From assembly GCA_050633245.1 (NCBI GenBank), contig JBOEGD010000011.1, positions 300,983 to 364,982 on the forward strand: 64,000 bases of DNA. Reading direction: 5' to 3'. Shown in pieces: positions 29,517 to 38,178 of the stretch. Every line of letters begins with the position of its first letter. The stretch's first letter is position 1. The DNA comes from Calditrichia bacterium. GTDB lineage: Bacteria > Calditrichota > Calditrichia > RBG-13-44-9 > J075. The notes beneath the pieces were generated by a model. It was given only the letters and a program-made list of their open reading frames with translations, was not told the DNA's origin and did not search any database. The position numbers were made by a program, and so were the translations under genes.

Positions 29517-29930
29517 ATGTTCTTTCGTCTGCTGACTATTTTCGCTGTAATCCCGCTGATTGAGCTGTATTTGCTCATTGAGGTTGGTGGGCGAATTGGT
29601 GCGCTCAATACGATAGCCATAATATTTATAACCGCTACTGCCGGAGCCTATCTAGCAAGAAAAGAGGGTTTTCAGGCTATTCAGGATATTAAACAGGCAT
29701 TTAATAGCGGTAGGGTGCCAGCACAGGAACTGTTGCATGGCTTGTTCATAATGATTGGCGCATTTACACTTTTGACGCCTGGGTTTCTGACAGATTTGAT
29801 GGGGTTAAGTATGCTGCTGCGTCCGATCAGGCAGGCATACGTTGCGCTTGCTCAAAAATACTTTGGTAATGTTATCCAATCTGGCGGGACACAAACCACG
29901 TCGTACCAGGACATAACTGAAAGGCCTTAA
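29517..29930 (+). CDS. fxsA: FxsA family membrane protein
   Basis: PLIELYLLIEVG..IG, LLTPGFLTD motifs. Confidence 0.9.
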   Translation: MFFRLLTIFAVIPLIELYLLIEVGGRIGALNTIAIIFITATAGAYLARKEGFQAIQDIKQAFNSGRVPAQELLHGLFIMIGAFTLLTPGFLTDLMGLSMLLRPIRQAYVALAQKYFGNVIQSGGTQTTSYQDITERP

Positions 29931-29932
29931 TT

Positions 29933-30760
29933 ATGGCAGTAGCGGAACAGGCCGGATTAGGCAGTTGGCGCGCTAAACTACATGAAATTATCTTTGAAGC
30001 GGATACTCCTGCTGGAAAAGCATTTGACATTACTCTTATCATCTCTATTCTCAGCAGTGTCGCTATCGTTATGTTGGAAAGCGTTGCCTCTATTCGCGCG
30101 GAACACGGGGAGTTAATCCGCGCGCTTGAATGGATGTTTACAATCCTTTTTACAATTGAATACGTCCTTCGATTGCTTTGCGTGCGTTCACCGCTTTCAT
30201 ACGCAAAAAGCTTCTATGGTCTGGTTGACGTTATTTCTATTATTCCTACCTATCTCAGCCTGTTTGTACCTGGTACGCAGTATCTCCTGGTTATTCGCAC
30301 GTTGCGTATCTTACGCGTCTTTCGAGTTCTAAAGCTGGTCCAGTATATAAACGAGGCCGATACGCTTTCACGTGCATTAAAAGCCAGCAGGCGTAAGATA
30401 TTTGTCTTCATTTATACCGTATGTATCCTGGCAATCATTGCAGGCTCTCTAATGTATATCATTGAGGGCGAAGAGAATGGATTTACGAGTATACCAGTTG
30501 GAATTTACTGGGCGATTGTAACGGTAACGACGGTTGGATTTGGTGATATTACACCAAGCACCAATCTCGGTCAGATGTTGTCGGTCATTTTAATGATTCT
30601 TGGCTACGGTATTATTGCGGTTCCAACCGGGATTGTAACCAGCGAGTTGTCACGTGGTGAACAGGATGGAAAGCCCAATACCCGCTGCTGCAGAACCTGT
30701 ACATTAGAGGGGCATGATAATGATGCTGTTCATTGTAAGAGGTGTGGCGGATTGCTCTAA
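29933..30760 (+). CDS. voltage-gated potassium channel-like ion transporter
   Basis: 6 TM, S4 RTLRILRVFRVLK, filter TTVGFGD, C-terminal CxxC..CxxCG. Confidence 0.9.
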   Translation: MAVAEQAGLGSWRAKLHEIIFEADTPAGKAFDITLIISILSSVAIVMLESVASIRAEHGELIRALEWMFTILFTIEYVLRLLCVRSPLSYAKSFYGLVDVISIIPTYLSLFVPGTQYLLVIRTLRILRVFRVLKLVQYINEADTLSRALKASRRKIFVFIYTVCILAIIAGSLMYIIEGEENGFTSIPVGIYWAIVTVTTVGFGDITPSTNLGQMLSVILMILGYGIIAVPTGIVTSELSRGEQDGKPNTRCCRTCTLEGHDNDAVHCKRCGGLL

Positions 30761-30969
30761 GTCGCGGAGGCAGGGGAGGATCCTTTTTTTTTGTTTGGCT
30801 CTATTGTATAACCAAGCCTGGTATGTATTTTATACTTGTCGGCAGAAATAAATTCCAGGCATCCCGGGCAGGAAAAAACTCTTTTGCGCCGCTGCATGCT
30901 ATCCAGCGAAACTTCGATACCACATTCCGGACAAATAACCTCTCCAGGTAAATACGATCGAGAATCCAT
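30757..30969 (-). CDS. small zinc-ribbon protein (70 aa)
   Basis: CPECG...CPGC pair; GGGAGAAG SD before ATG at 30969. Confidence 0.6.
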   Translation of the reverse strand: MDSRSYLPGEVICPECGIEVSLDSMQRRKRVFSCPGCLEFISADKYKIHTRLGYTIEPNKKKGSSPASAT

Positions 30970-31082
30970 ACTTCTTCTCCCAAAAAGTGGGGCACAAGAT
31001 ATCACTATTCAACACTAAAATGACATTGAATGCCTATGATTTAGAGGCAGCCACGCAAAACTATCTACAAGGGGGAGCGGTA

Positions 31083-31111
31083 TAAAAGTGGTCGCTATTG
31101 AACCACTTTTA
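31083..31111 (-). terminator. putative terminator downstream of 31180-33006 gene
   Basis: TAAAAGTGGT-9nt-ACCACTTTTA inverted repeat with T-rich tails. Confidence 0.5.
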
Positions 31112-31179
31112 GTCATTAGAAACTTGCATCTGGAATCTACCCGGGTTATTAAGCTGTATCACATCGTTTCACATTGCCT

Positions 31180-33006
31180 TTATAATTTTATTGAAAAAGA
31201 AAGTCTGAGACTACGATAAAAATTGGCGTCAATAATCTCGTCTGAATCGTTATTGCCAAGAAAACCCAGGAGATCAACTTGAAGATTGTCGGTGGGTTGA
31301 TAACCAAGACCATAGAAAAATCGGGTCGTGGTGCGAATAGTTTCCAGACGTCTTCTGTTGGAATCGAATTCATTGTCAAAGACCTGGGTTACGATGTTGC
31401 CGTCAGCAAACTGAGTGACAGTCGTTCGCGGGTCAGCCAACTCTATACGAAAAGACTCGATGTTCTCGGACTTTATATATTCAAATAAGCTTCCAAAGCG
31501 CAGTTTCCACTTTTCATTTTTAGTAAACGCATATTCTATCCCAACCGGCAATTGAACTTTTGTAGTACGTTCCTCAACTGTGCGAGCAGCTTCAGTCTCT
31601 TGCATCGTAACACTGCTGAAGTCATTGGCCAGCGAATTATCCTGAAGCGTAAAATCCCTTGTGTTGTTCTGTAACTCCATCAGCTCACTATTCTGATCTA
31701 AATCACCAATATCGAGCACGACTCCTGTTCCAAAATAAACTTTGTTACCGAGTGGCGCATTTACTCGCAGACCGATACGAAAATGGTTGTAAACGGCTTC
31801 GCCTTCGTCAGAACTTGTGAAGTGTGTTAGTGCATTGTTTGAAAAATCCAGCCCGAGTGTGTCTAGCCCATCAAACTGTATGTCTTGAAATGCGAGTGTA
31901 TTCTCAGAAGTTGCGGAGTAATCTAAAAGGAGACGCTGCCAATCGATAAAAATACGAAAAAAGCCGTCATTACGGCGTTCTCGCGCGCGATCGAAGACTT
32001 TGTGTAGACTTGCCCCTAAGGAGCCTCCTGAGCCGTCATAGGCAATTTTGGACTTTACGGTACTAATTTCAGAAAAGACGTCTTCAAAATCAGGGATAGC
32101 GTTGTTAAAAAGATCCAGTGTTCCTTTATAGCTATCGCTGCGTGACTGCGTAAAACGTTCATTTAGCAATCCACCGTCGAGTCTTAGTTCAACGCGTTTC
32201 AGTCCACGCATATTAAAGGGGGTCATAAAAGATAGATTGAACTGATTCGACGATTCTTCTCCCGTATTTAGGAAATCACCATCTTCCTGCTGCTTTTGAA
32301 TAACATTGTTTGTCAACAGGTCAGTTATCGTAAGATCCAGATTAAATGTCGGATCGCCGGGAAAAGTACCGACCAATGCAGAGTTCCCGGTGCCGTAAAA
32401 CCCGCCGGCTCCGCCAAATCCGGATTCTTGTTTTAAGCGAGAATAGCGGAAGCCAAGCGTAGCGCCGCTTTTAAATCCGATTGCGTTGTTAATGAGCAGT
32501 GCATTGCCATTGTTGGCTGTTTCGCTGATTTTACGCTGATCAATAAGTCGCTGAATATCGAAAAGGCCATCGCCATTCGTATCCAGAAAGGCATTATAGG
32601 TATTGCGAAACTCACCGGATCCGCCAATGTCGGGTATACCGTTAAGATCCTGGTCAATAAACAATGCGTTTCCGCTCTTGCTGTTGCGATAGCGAAAGAG
32701 CACTGATGTCCACCAGTCGAAAACTGTCCAGTTTTGCCAGGAGGCGCCAATCAAGAGCTCGTTATCGCTGAAGTCGTTAAAGACCTCTTCCTCTGAAGAG
32801 GTTAAATTGCTCAGATTTGTATAGAGTCTGATTTTGTCGACAAAGCGAAGGTCTATGGGGTCATAAACGAGATCAAGATCGTCATTAACTGCGCCGGCTA
32901 AGGCCTGACTGCGGAATGAAGCAGGATTTGAAGTGGAAATGCTTTCAAAGCTTTGGGCAATGAGTGAACTGGACAGAAAGGCAAAGAGCATCAGTCGAAT
33001 AAACAT
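31180..33006 (-). CDS. hypothetical exported protein, probable outer-membrane beta-barrel
   Basis: GAGGA SD then MFIRLM signal peptide; amphipathic strands (LPVGIEYAF, WKLRFGS, FFYGLGY), ends LSFSIKL; DxNG motifs. Confidence 0.65.
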   Translation of the reverse strand: MFIRLMLFAFLSSSLIAQSFESISTSNPASFRSQALAGAVNDDLDLVYDPIDLRFVDKIRLYTNLSNLTSSEEEVFNDFSDNELLIGASWQNWTVFDWWTSVLFRYRNSKSGNALFIDQDLNGIPDIGGSGEFRNTYNAFLDTNGDGLFDIQRLIDQRKISETANNGNALLINNAIGFKSGATLGFRYSRLKQESGFGGAGGFYGTGNSALVGTFPGDPTFNLDLTITDLLTNNVIQKQQEDGDFLNTGEESSNQFNLSFMTPFNMRGLKRVELRLDGGLLNERFTQSRSDSYKGTLDLFNNAIPDFEDVFSEISTVKSKIAYDGSGGSLGASLHKVFDRARERRNDGFFRIFIDWQRLLLDYSATSENTLAFQDIQFDGLDTLGLDFSNNALTHFTSSDEGEAVYNHFRIGLRVNAPLGNKVYFGTGVVLDIGDLDQNSELMELQNNTRDFTLQDNSLANDFSSVTMQETEAARTVEERTTKVQLPVGIEYAFTKNEKWKLRFGSLFEYIKSENIESFRIELADPRTTVTQFADGNIVTQVFDNEFDSNRRRLETIRTTTRFFYGLGYQPTDNLQVDLLGFLGNNDSDEIIDANFYRSLRLSFSIKL

Positions 33007-33043
33007 AATTCCTCGCAATGAGACAACGATTGTAGTGTGGTTA

Positions 33044-33069
33044 ATTCAGCGGGAGTAATCCCACTGAAT
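33044..33069 (-). terminator. hairpin downstream of purD, possible terminator
   Basis: Minus strand ATTCAGTGGGA-TTAC-TCCCGCTGAAT; weak U-tract. Confidence 0.35.
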
Positions 33070-33122
33070 GCGGTTGCTAAAAGATATAAAAAAATGAGGT
33101 GAAGTAGAAGAGAAATCCTGCT

Positions 33123-34397
33123 TTATCCGAGCGCGTTCCAGGCTCTTCTTGCTATGTCTCGACGATATTGCATGCCGTCGAAGTGAATGCGGGAAATGGC
33201 AGCATAGATGCGGTTTGTTGCTTCAATCAGAATGCGCGATGTAGACACAACTGCCATTACCCGACCACCATTGGTCATATAGATGTCGTCCACTTTCTTA
33301 GTGCCGGCGTGAAAGACAGTGAGTTGAGCTGGCAATTCATTTAACCCGCTAATGGCCTTGCCTTTTTCGTAATATTCCGGGTACCCTCCCGAAGCGAGAA
33401 CAACTGCAACGGCATATTCATCTGAAATGGTGACTTCTATATCGCCAAGATTTCCGTCAACTACGGCTTTGATGATGCGTACGAGGTCTGACTGCAGCAG
33501 GGTGAGCACAACCTGCGTTTCCGGATCTCCGAAACGACAATTGAATTCGACAACTTTTGGTCCGGCTTCAGTCAGCATCAATCCAACATAAAGCACACCT
33601 TTGTAAGAGATACCGTCTTCGCGAAGCGCGCCAAGCATCGGCTCGATAATTGTATCAACTACCTGTTTGTGAAGGTCATCTGTCAAAAATGGCGTCGGGG
33701 CATAACTTCCCATTCCACCGGTGTTTTTGCCCTTGTCATTTTCGTCGGCTCTCTTAAAATCCTGGGCAGGGGAGAGGGTGATATAATCATTCCCATCGGT
33801 AATAACAAAAATACTTACTTCTTCACCGGTCATCATTTCTTCAATGACAACGCGGCTTCCAGCCTGCTTGAATATCTTTTGCGTCATTAGGCCATCAACA
33901 GCCTGGTTTGCAGTCTCTATATTTGGGCAGACAATGACTCCTTTGCCAGCTGCTAATCCGTCCGCCTTTACTACAACCGGACGCTCTGAAAGATCGTTGA
34001 GATAATCGTGGGCGTCGGAAGACTGATCGAACGCTCTAAATTCAGCCGTCGGGATATTGTGTTTAGCCATAAATTCTTTTGCGAATGTCTTACTGCCTTC
34101 CAGCTGGGCACCTTGCTTTGAGGGGCCAAATATTGCAAGCCCTTCGGCTTCGAAATAGTCGACAATGCCTTCCACCAGCGGTTGCTCTGGACCAACGATA
34201 GTCATGTCAATCTCGTTTTTCCGCACAAAGTCTGTCAGGCCGGCAAAATCAGTCAGCGGCAGTGAATGACACTCCGCCATATCGGCGATTCCGCCATTAC
34301 CCGGTATACAGTAAATTTTCTCGGCATGCTTGCTTTGCGACATTTTCCAGACCAAAGCATGCTCTCTGCCACCACTTCCGAGAACAAGTAAATTCAT
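33123..34397 (-). CDS. purD: phosphoribosylamine--glycine ligase
   Basis: GSGGREHAL, VGPEQPL, KADGLAAGKGV, NTGGMG, EFNCRFGDPE, GGRV. Confidence 0.98.
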   Translation of the reverse strand: MNLLVLGSGGREHALVWKMSQSKHAEKIYCIPGNGGIADMAECHSLPLTDFAGLTDFVRKNEIDMTIVGPEQPLVEGIVDYFEAEGLAIFGPSKQGAQLEGSKTFAKEFMAKHNIPTAEFRAFDQSSDAHDYLNDLSERPVVVKADGLAAGKGVIVCPNIETANQAVDGLMTQKIFKQAGSRVVIEEMMTGEEVSIFVITDGNDYITLSPAQDFKRADENDKGKNTGGMGSYAPTPFLTDDLHKQVVDTIIEPMLGALREDGISYKGVLYVGLMLTEAGPKVVEFNCRFGDPETQVVLTLLQSDLVRIIKAVVDGNLGDIEVTISDEYAVAVVLASGGYPEYYEKGKAISGLNELPAQLTVFHAGTKKVDDIYMTNGGRVMAVVSTSRILIEATNRIYAAISRIHFDGMQYRRDIARRAWNALG

Positions 34398-34405
34398 CTT
34401 TTTTC

Positions 34406-35989
34406 CTATGCCTTTTTAGTGCGTTTTTCTTTTTTCTTTAGCAGAAAGCGTTCTCTTGAAATAATTATTCGAGTATATTCTTCTTCCAGCTTATGAGCAT
34501 TGTCGAGCATCTTTTTGGCCAACTCAAATTCATTTAATTGTCGGAGACAGCGATTGTAATTAATGTAAATCCAGGATCGGCGAAACTCATCCTTCATTTT
34601 ACCAATATTCTTACGCATAGCCCCATAAACAGTCTCGGCCTTGCTGTAGCGACGTCCATAGTAATGATTCTGCGCAATTAGATCCTGTACTAACAGCTCG
34701 AAATCCGGATTGTTAGAACGTTCACCTGCTGCAATTCGTGCGGCCAGTTCATCAGCGAGCTCTGCGCTTTTCTTGAACTCGCGGCTAAACAGATTGTTGC
34801 GCGCCTCGTGCCAGGTCTTCGTCAGATCATCCATTGGATGTCTTTGCGGCATTTGCGATACATAATACCAATATTTAGCCTGCTTTTCTTTGCGAATTTT
34901 TCGATAGAAAGACAGTGCTGTCGTTCGCTCCATTCTCAGGTCCGCCAAATGACCCTTGTAATAATTAATTGCCGCCTCATAATACAACGACTTTCGTGTT
35001 TCCAACGATAGAAGCACATCAAGAAGAGAGTCTGCAGATTGAAACTTGTTTAAATCATAACTAGCAATGGCCATGTTGTAATATTTTGCATTGGTTAATA
35101 AGGGGAGTGTCTCTACATAATCTTTGTCAAAGCTTTCACAGTACTCAATACAGCGCTGCATAAAGCCGGTTCGCCTGTAGTGATAGGCAAGCATAATTGC
35201 AAAGCCGTGGTTATCGGCATAGCGCTTATAAAGACTCTTAAAGCCACGAACTGAGGCGGCTTTGTCTCCTTCCAGAAAATACCGAATGCTGTAATAAACA
35301 AACTCCGCTTCAAACTTAAAGTGCTTCCCATTGTCTCGAGTGCGCTCGATCTCCCTGATGCCTCGTGTTTTATCTCCTTGAAAACCAAGTACACCGGCAA
35401 GGAACTTTACAACTCCAGGCAGCAGATCGGCATAGTAATGAAAGATTCCAAGACCAACATAGGCATCATTATACTCTGCATCATGCTTTATTGTGTCGTT
35501 TAGGTTGTTTTTTGCCTTGCGTCCATACCAGTATGCGCGAACATAATTGTACTGCGCGACATGATAGATTCCTCGAAGTCCATTGGCAATACCGAGATAA
35601 AAATGACCATCAGCTTTATTCTCGGAACGCTTGATATAGCTTTCTGCAATTTTAACAGCATAATCGACCTGAGTATTGAGGGCTGTCGCAAGAGAGTCGG
35701 TCTGCTTATCCATAGCAAAGCGAATTGTCGTCATAAATGCTTCATAGATAAAGCCGTGAGGATATTCTGGATATTCAGATTGAATCTTATCGAAAGAAAT
35801 GGCTGCAGCGTCCATGCGCAAATTATAAAAGTGATTTTTTCCATCTAGCAACATCGAATCCAGCTTGGCGGGCAGCACGGCTTGACCGAAGACTACAGAG
35901 AGGGGAGAGAATAATAAAATGAATAACGCGACGGCAAGCCTTATGCGGTTGCGTACGAGAGTGATAAAGTAAAAGTTAGCGTCCTGCAT
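34406..35989 (-). CDS. exported TPR-like protein (DUF3808/TTC39-like)
   Basis: Signal/TM segment, helical repeats, DAYVGLGIFHYY..LP..K..LGF.GD...G motif; abuts the uvrB stop. Confidence 0.6.
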   Translation of the reverse strand: MQDANFYFITLVRNRIRLAVALFILLFSPLSVVFGQAVLPAKLDSMLLDGKNHFYNLRMDAAAISFDKIQSEYPEYPHGFIYEAFMTTIRFAMDKQTDSLATALNTQVDYAVKIAESYIKRSENKADGHFYLGIANGLRGIYHVAQYNYVRAYWYGRKAKNNLNDTIKHDAEYNDAYVGLGIFHYYADLLPGVVKFLAGVLGFQGDKTRGIREIERTRDNGKHFKFEAEFVYYSIRYFLEGDKAASVRGFKSLYKRYADNHGFAIMLAYHYRRTGFMQRCIEYCESFDKDYVETLPLLTNAKYYNMAIASYDLNKFQSADSLLDVLLSLETRKSLYYEAAINYYKGHLADLRMERTTALSFYRKIRKEKQAKYWYYVSQMPQRHPMDDLTKTWHEARNNLFSREFKKSAELADELAARIAAGERSNNPDFELLVQDLIAQNHYYGRRYSKAETVYGAMRKNIGKMKDEFRRSWIYINYNRCLRQLNEFELAKKMLDNAHKLEEEYTRIIISRERFLLKKKEKRTKKA

Positions 35990-37981
35990 TTAGTCTAATT
36001 GTCCTTTGAGGCGAAGTATCTTGTCGCGAAGCTTAGCGGCCTTTTCAAAATCAAGTTCCATAGCCGCAGCCTTCATTTGTTCTTCAAGTCGTTCTACCAA
36101 ATTCAGCCGGGAAAGTTCATCCGTATAATCAAGCGCTTCAGTTTCTTCTTCAGGTTCCTTGTAACGACTTCGCATATCCGCAACGGATGTCGATTTCATG
36201 ATCTCGTCTACGGTCTTATAAACAGTCTTCGGAGAAATATTGTTTTCCTTGTTATGTTCTTCCTGAACCTTACGGCGGCGCTTCGTCGTTTCGATTGTTA
36301 CGCCCATTGCTTTGGAAATTCTGTCAGCATAAAATATCACCTTGCCGTTAGCATTGCGTGCTGCTCGTCCGGCAATTTGAAGGAGCGCAACTTCCGAGCG
36401 CAAAAAACCTTCTTTGTCTGCATCGAGAATGGCAACCAGTGATACTTCTGGCAAGTCGAGACCTTCACGAAGAAGATTAATTCCGACCAGCACATCATGT
36501 TCAGCCAAGCGTAAGTCACGCAGAATATCGACTCGCTCAAGTGAATCAATCTCTGAGTGAATATAAGCGACCTTTACGCCAACGCCCTTAAGATAATCGG
36601 TTAAATCTTCCGACATACGCTTGGTTAGCGTAAGCGCAAGAACACGCTCGCCTTTTTCCACGCGGGATCTGATCTCCTCCAGTAAATCGTCGATTTGCCC
36701 TTTGGTCGGGCGAACCTCAATAAGTGGATCGAGCAGGCCGGTAGGACGAATAACCTGTTCTACAACGACCCCTTTAGATAATTCAATTTCCTTTGGAGCC
36801 GGTGTAGCGGACACAAAAATCGTCTGCTTGATACGTTCCATGAATTCCTCGGATTTCAGAGGACGATTGTCAAGCGCGCTTGGCAAACGAAAGCCGTGAT
36901 CCACAAGCGTTGTTTTTCTGGCATGATCTCCGGCAAACATACCGCGAATTTGCGGCAGGGTTTGGTGCGACTCATCTACGAAGAGCAGAAAATCATCACC
37001 GAAAAAGTCCAGCAGCGTAAACGGCGGTTCTCCCTCGGCACGTCCGCCAATATGACGTGAGTAATTTTCAATGCCGCTGCAGAAGCCAATCTCCTGCATC
37101 ATTTCGATATCATAATTGGTGCGCTGCTCCAGTCGTTGGGCTTCAAGTAACTTGCCCTGACCACGAAAACGCTCTAATTGACCTTCCAACTCTAACTTAA
37201 TGCGTTCAATCGCGGCTTTAAGTTTGTCTTCGCTGGTAACGTGATGACTGGCGGGGAAAATTAGCACCTGCTCAACTTCCTCAAGAATTTCACCGGTTAC
37301 AGAATCAATATATTGAATCGTCTCGATTTCATCTCCGAACGTGTCCAGACGCACGGCATACTTTTCGTATGCGGGATATATCTCAATCACGTCGCCCATT
37401 ACGCGGAAGGTACCGCGCTCTCGACTGATGTCGTTTCGTGAATATTGTATGTCTACCAGACTTCCAAAAATTTCGTAGCGTTCTATCGTCTGCCCTTTTT
37501 TGAGCAGAACCATCATTTTGCTGAAGTCGTCGGGTGATCCGATTCCATAAATACAGCTTACGCTGGCAACAATAATAACGTCTCTTCGAGACATTATTGA
37601 GGCAGTCGCCTTTAGACGTAATCTATCTATCTCTTCATTGACCGAGCTGTCCTTTGCCATATATGTATCAGTGGTAGGCAAATAGGCTTCCGGTTGGTAG
37701 TAATCGTAGTAACTGATAAAAAACTCAACGGCATTCTCAGGAAAGTACTGCTTGAATTCTCCGTAAAGCTGAGCCGCCAGCGTCTTGTTGTGCGAGAATA
37801 TCAAAGTAGGGCGGTTTAGCTCGGCGATAATATTCGCCATCGTAAAGGTTTTGCCGCTTCCGGTAACACCAAGCAGCGTTTGAAATTGCTCACCGCGTCT
37901 CAGTGCTTCAGTTAGCTCTGAAATTGCTGCAGGTTGATCACCCATGGGTTTATATTTCGAAACAAGCTTGAACGTGTCCAT
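35990..37981 (-). CDS. uvrB: excinuclease ABC subunit B
   Basis: GVTGSGKT, HNKTLAAQL, YYDYYQPEAY, DESH, GINLLREGLD, C-terminal UVR domain. Confidence 0.98.
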   Translation of the reverse strand: MDTFKLVSKYKPMGDQPAAISELTEALRRGEQFQTLLGVTGSGKTFTMANIIAELNRPTLIFSHNKTLAAQLYGEFKQYFPENAVEFFISYYDYYQPEAYLPTTDTYMAKDSSVNEEIDRLRLKATASIMSRRDVIIVASVSCIYGIGSPDDFSKMMVLLKKGQTIERYEIFGSLVDIQYSRNDISRERGTFRVMGDVIEIYPAYEKYAVRLDTFGDEIETIQYIDSVTGEILEEVEQVLIFPASHHVTSEDKLKAAIERIKLELEGQLERFRGQGKLLEAQRLEQRTNYDIEMMQEIGFCSGIENYSRHIGGRAEGEPPFTLLDFFGDDFLLFVDESHQTLPQIRGMFAGDHARKTTLVDHGFRLPSALDNRPLKSEEFMERIKQTIFVSATPAPKEIELSKGVVVEQVIRPTGLLDPLIEVRPTKGQIDDLLEEIRSRVEKGERVLALTLTKRMSEDLTDYLKGVGVKVAYIHSEIDSLERVDILRDLRLAEHDVLVGINLLREGLDLPEVSLVAILDADKEGFLRSEVALLQIAGRAARNANGKVIFYADRISKAMGVTIETTKRRRKVQEEHNKENNISPKTVYKTVDEIMKSTSVADMRSRYKEPEEETEALDYTDELSRLNLVERLEEQMKAAAMELDFEKAAKLRDKILRLKGQLD

Positions 37982-38178
37982 TTCTCTCCAAAATTATAAG
38001 CTGGCTAAATTTATATCGGACAGCCTGCTAAAGCAATTACTGATTGCCGCTATTTGGATTGAATCAGGATTTTTATTTTTGATTATCATATTATAATGAC
38101 GATCACGTTACAAGGCTGAAAATTAGGCTAACATCGTTGCATCTACTCTTCCGACTATAGAATTACGGGGATTTTACT

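Noticed and set aside
1429-37981. DNA-repair cluster (mutS, uvrD, SPL-like, uvrB)
   Set aside because: Separate transcription units spread over 36 kb, with no shared upstream box found; probably coincidental.
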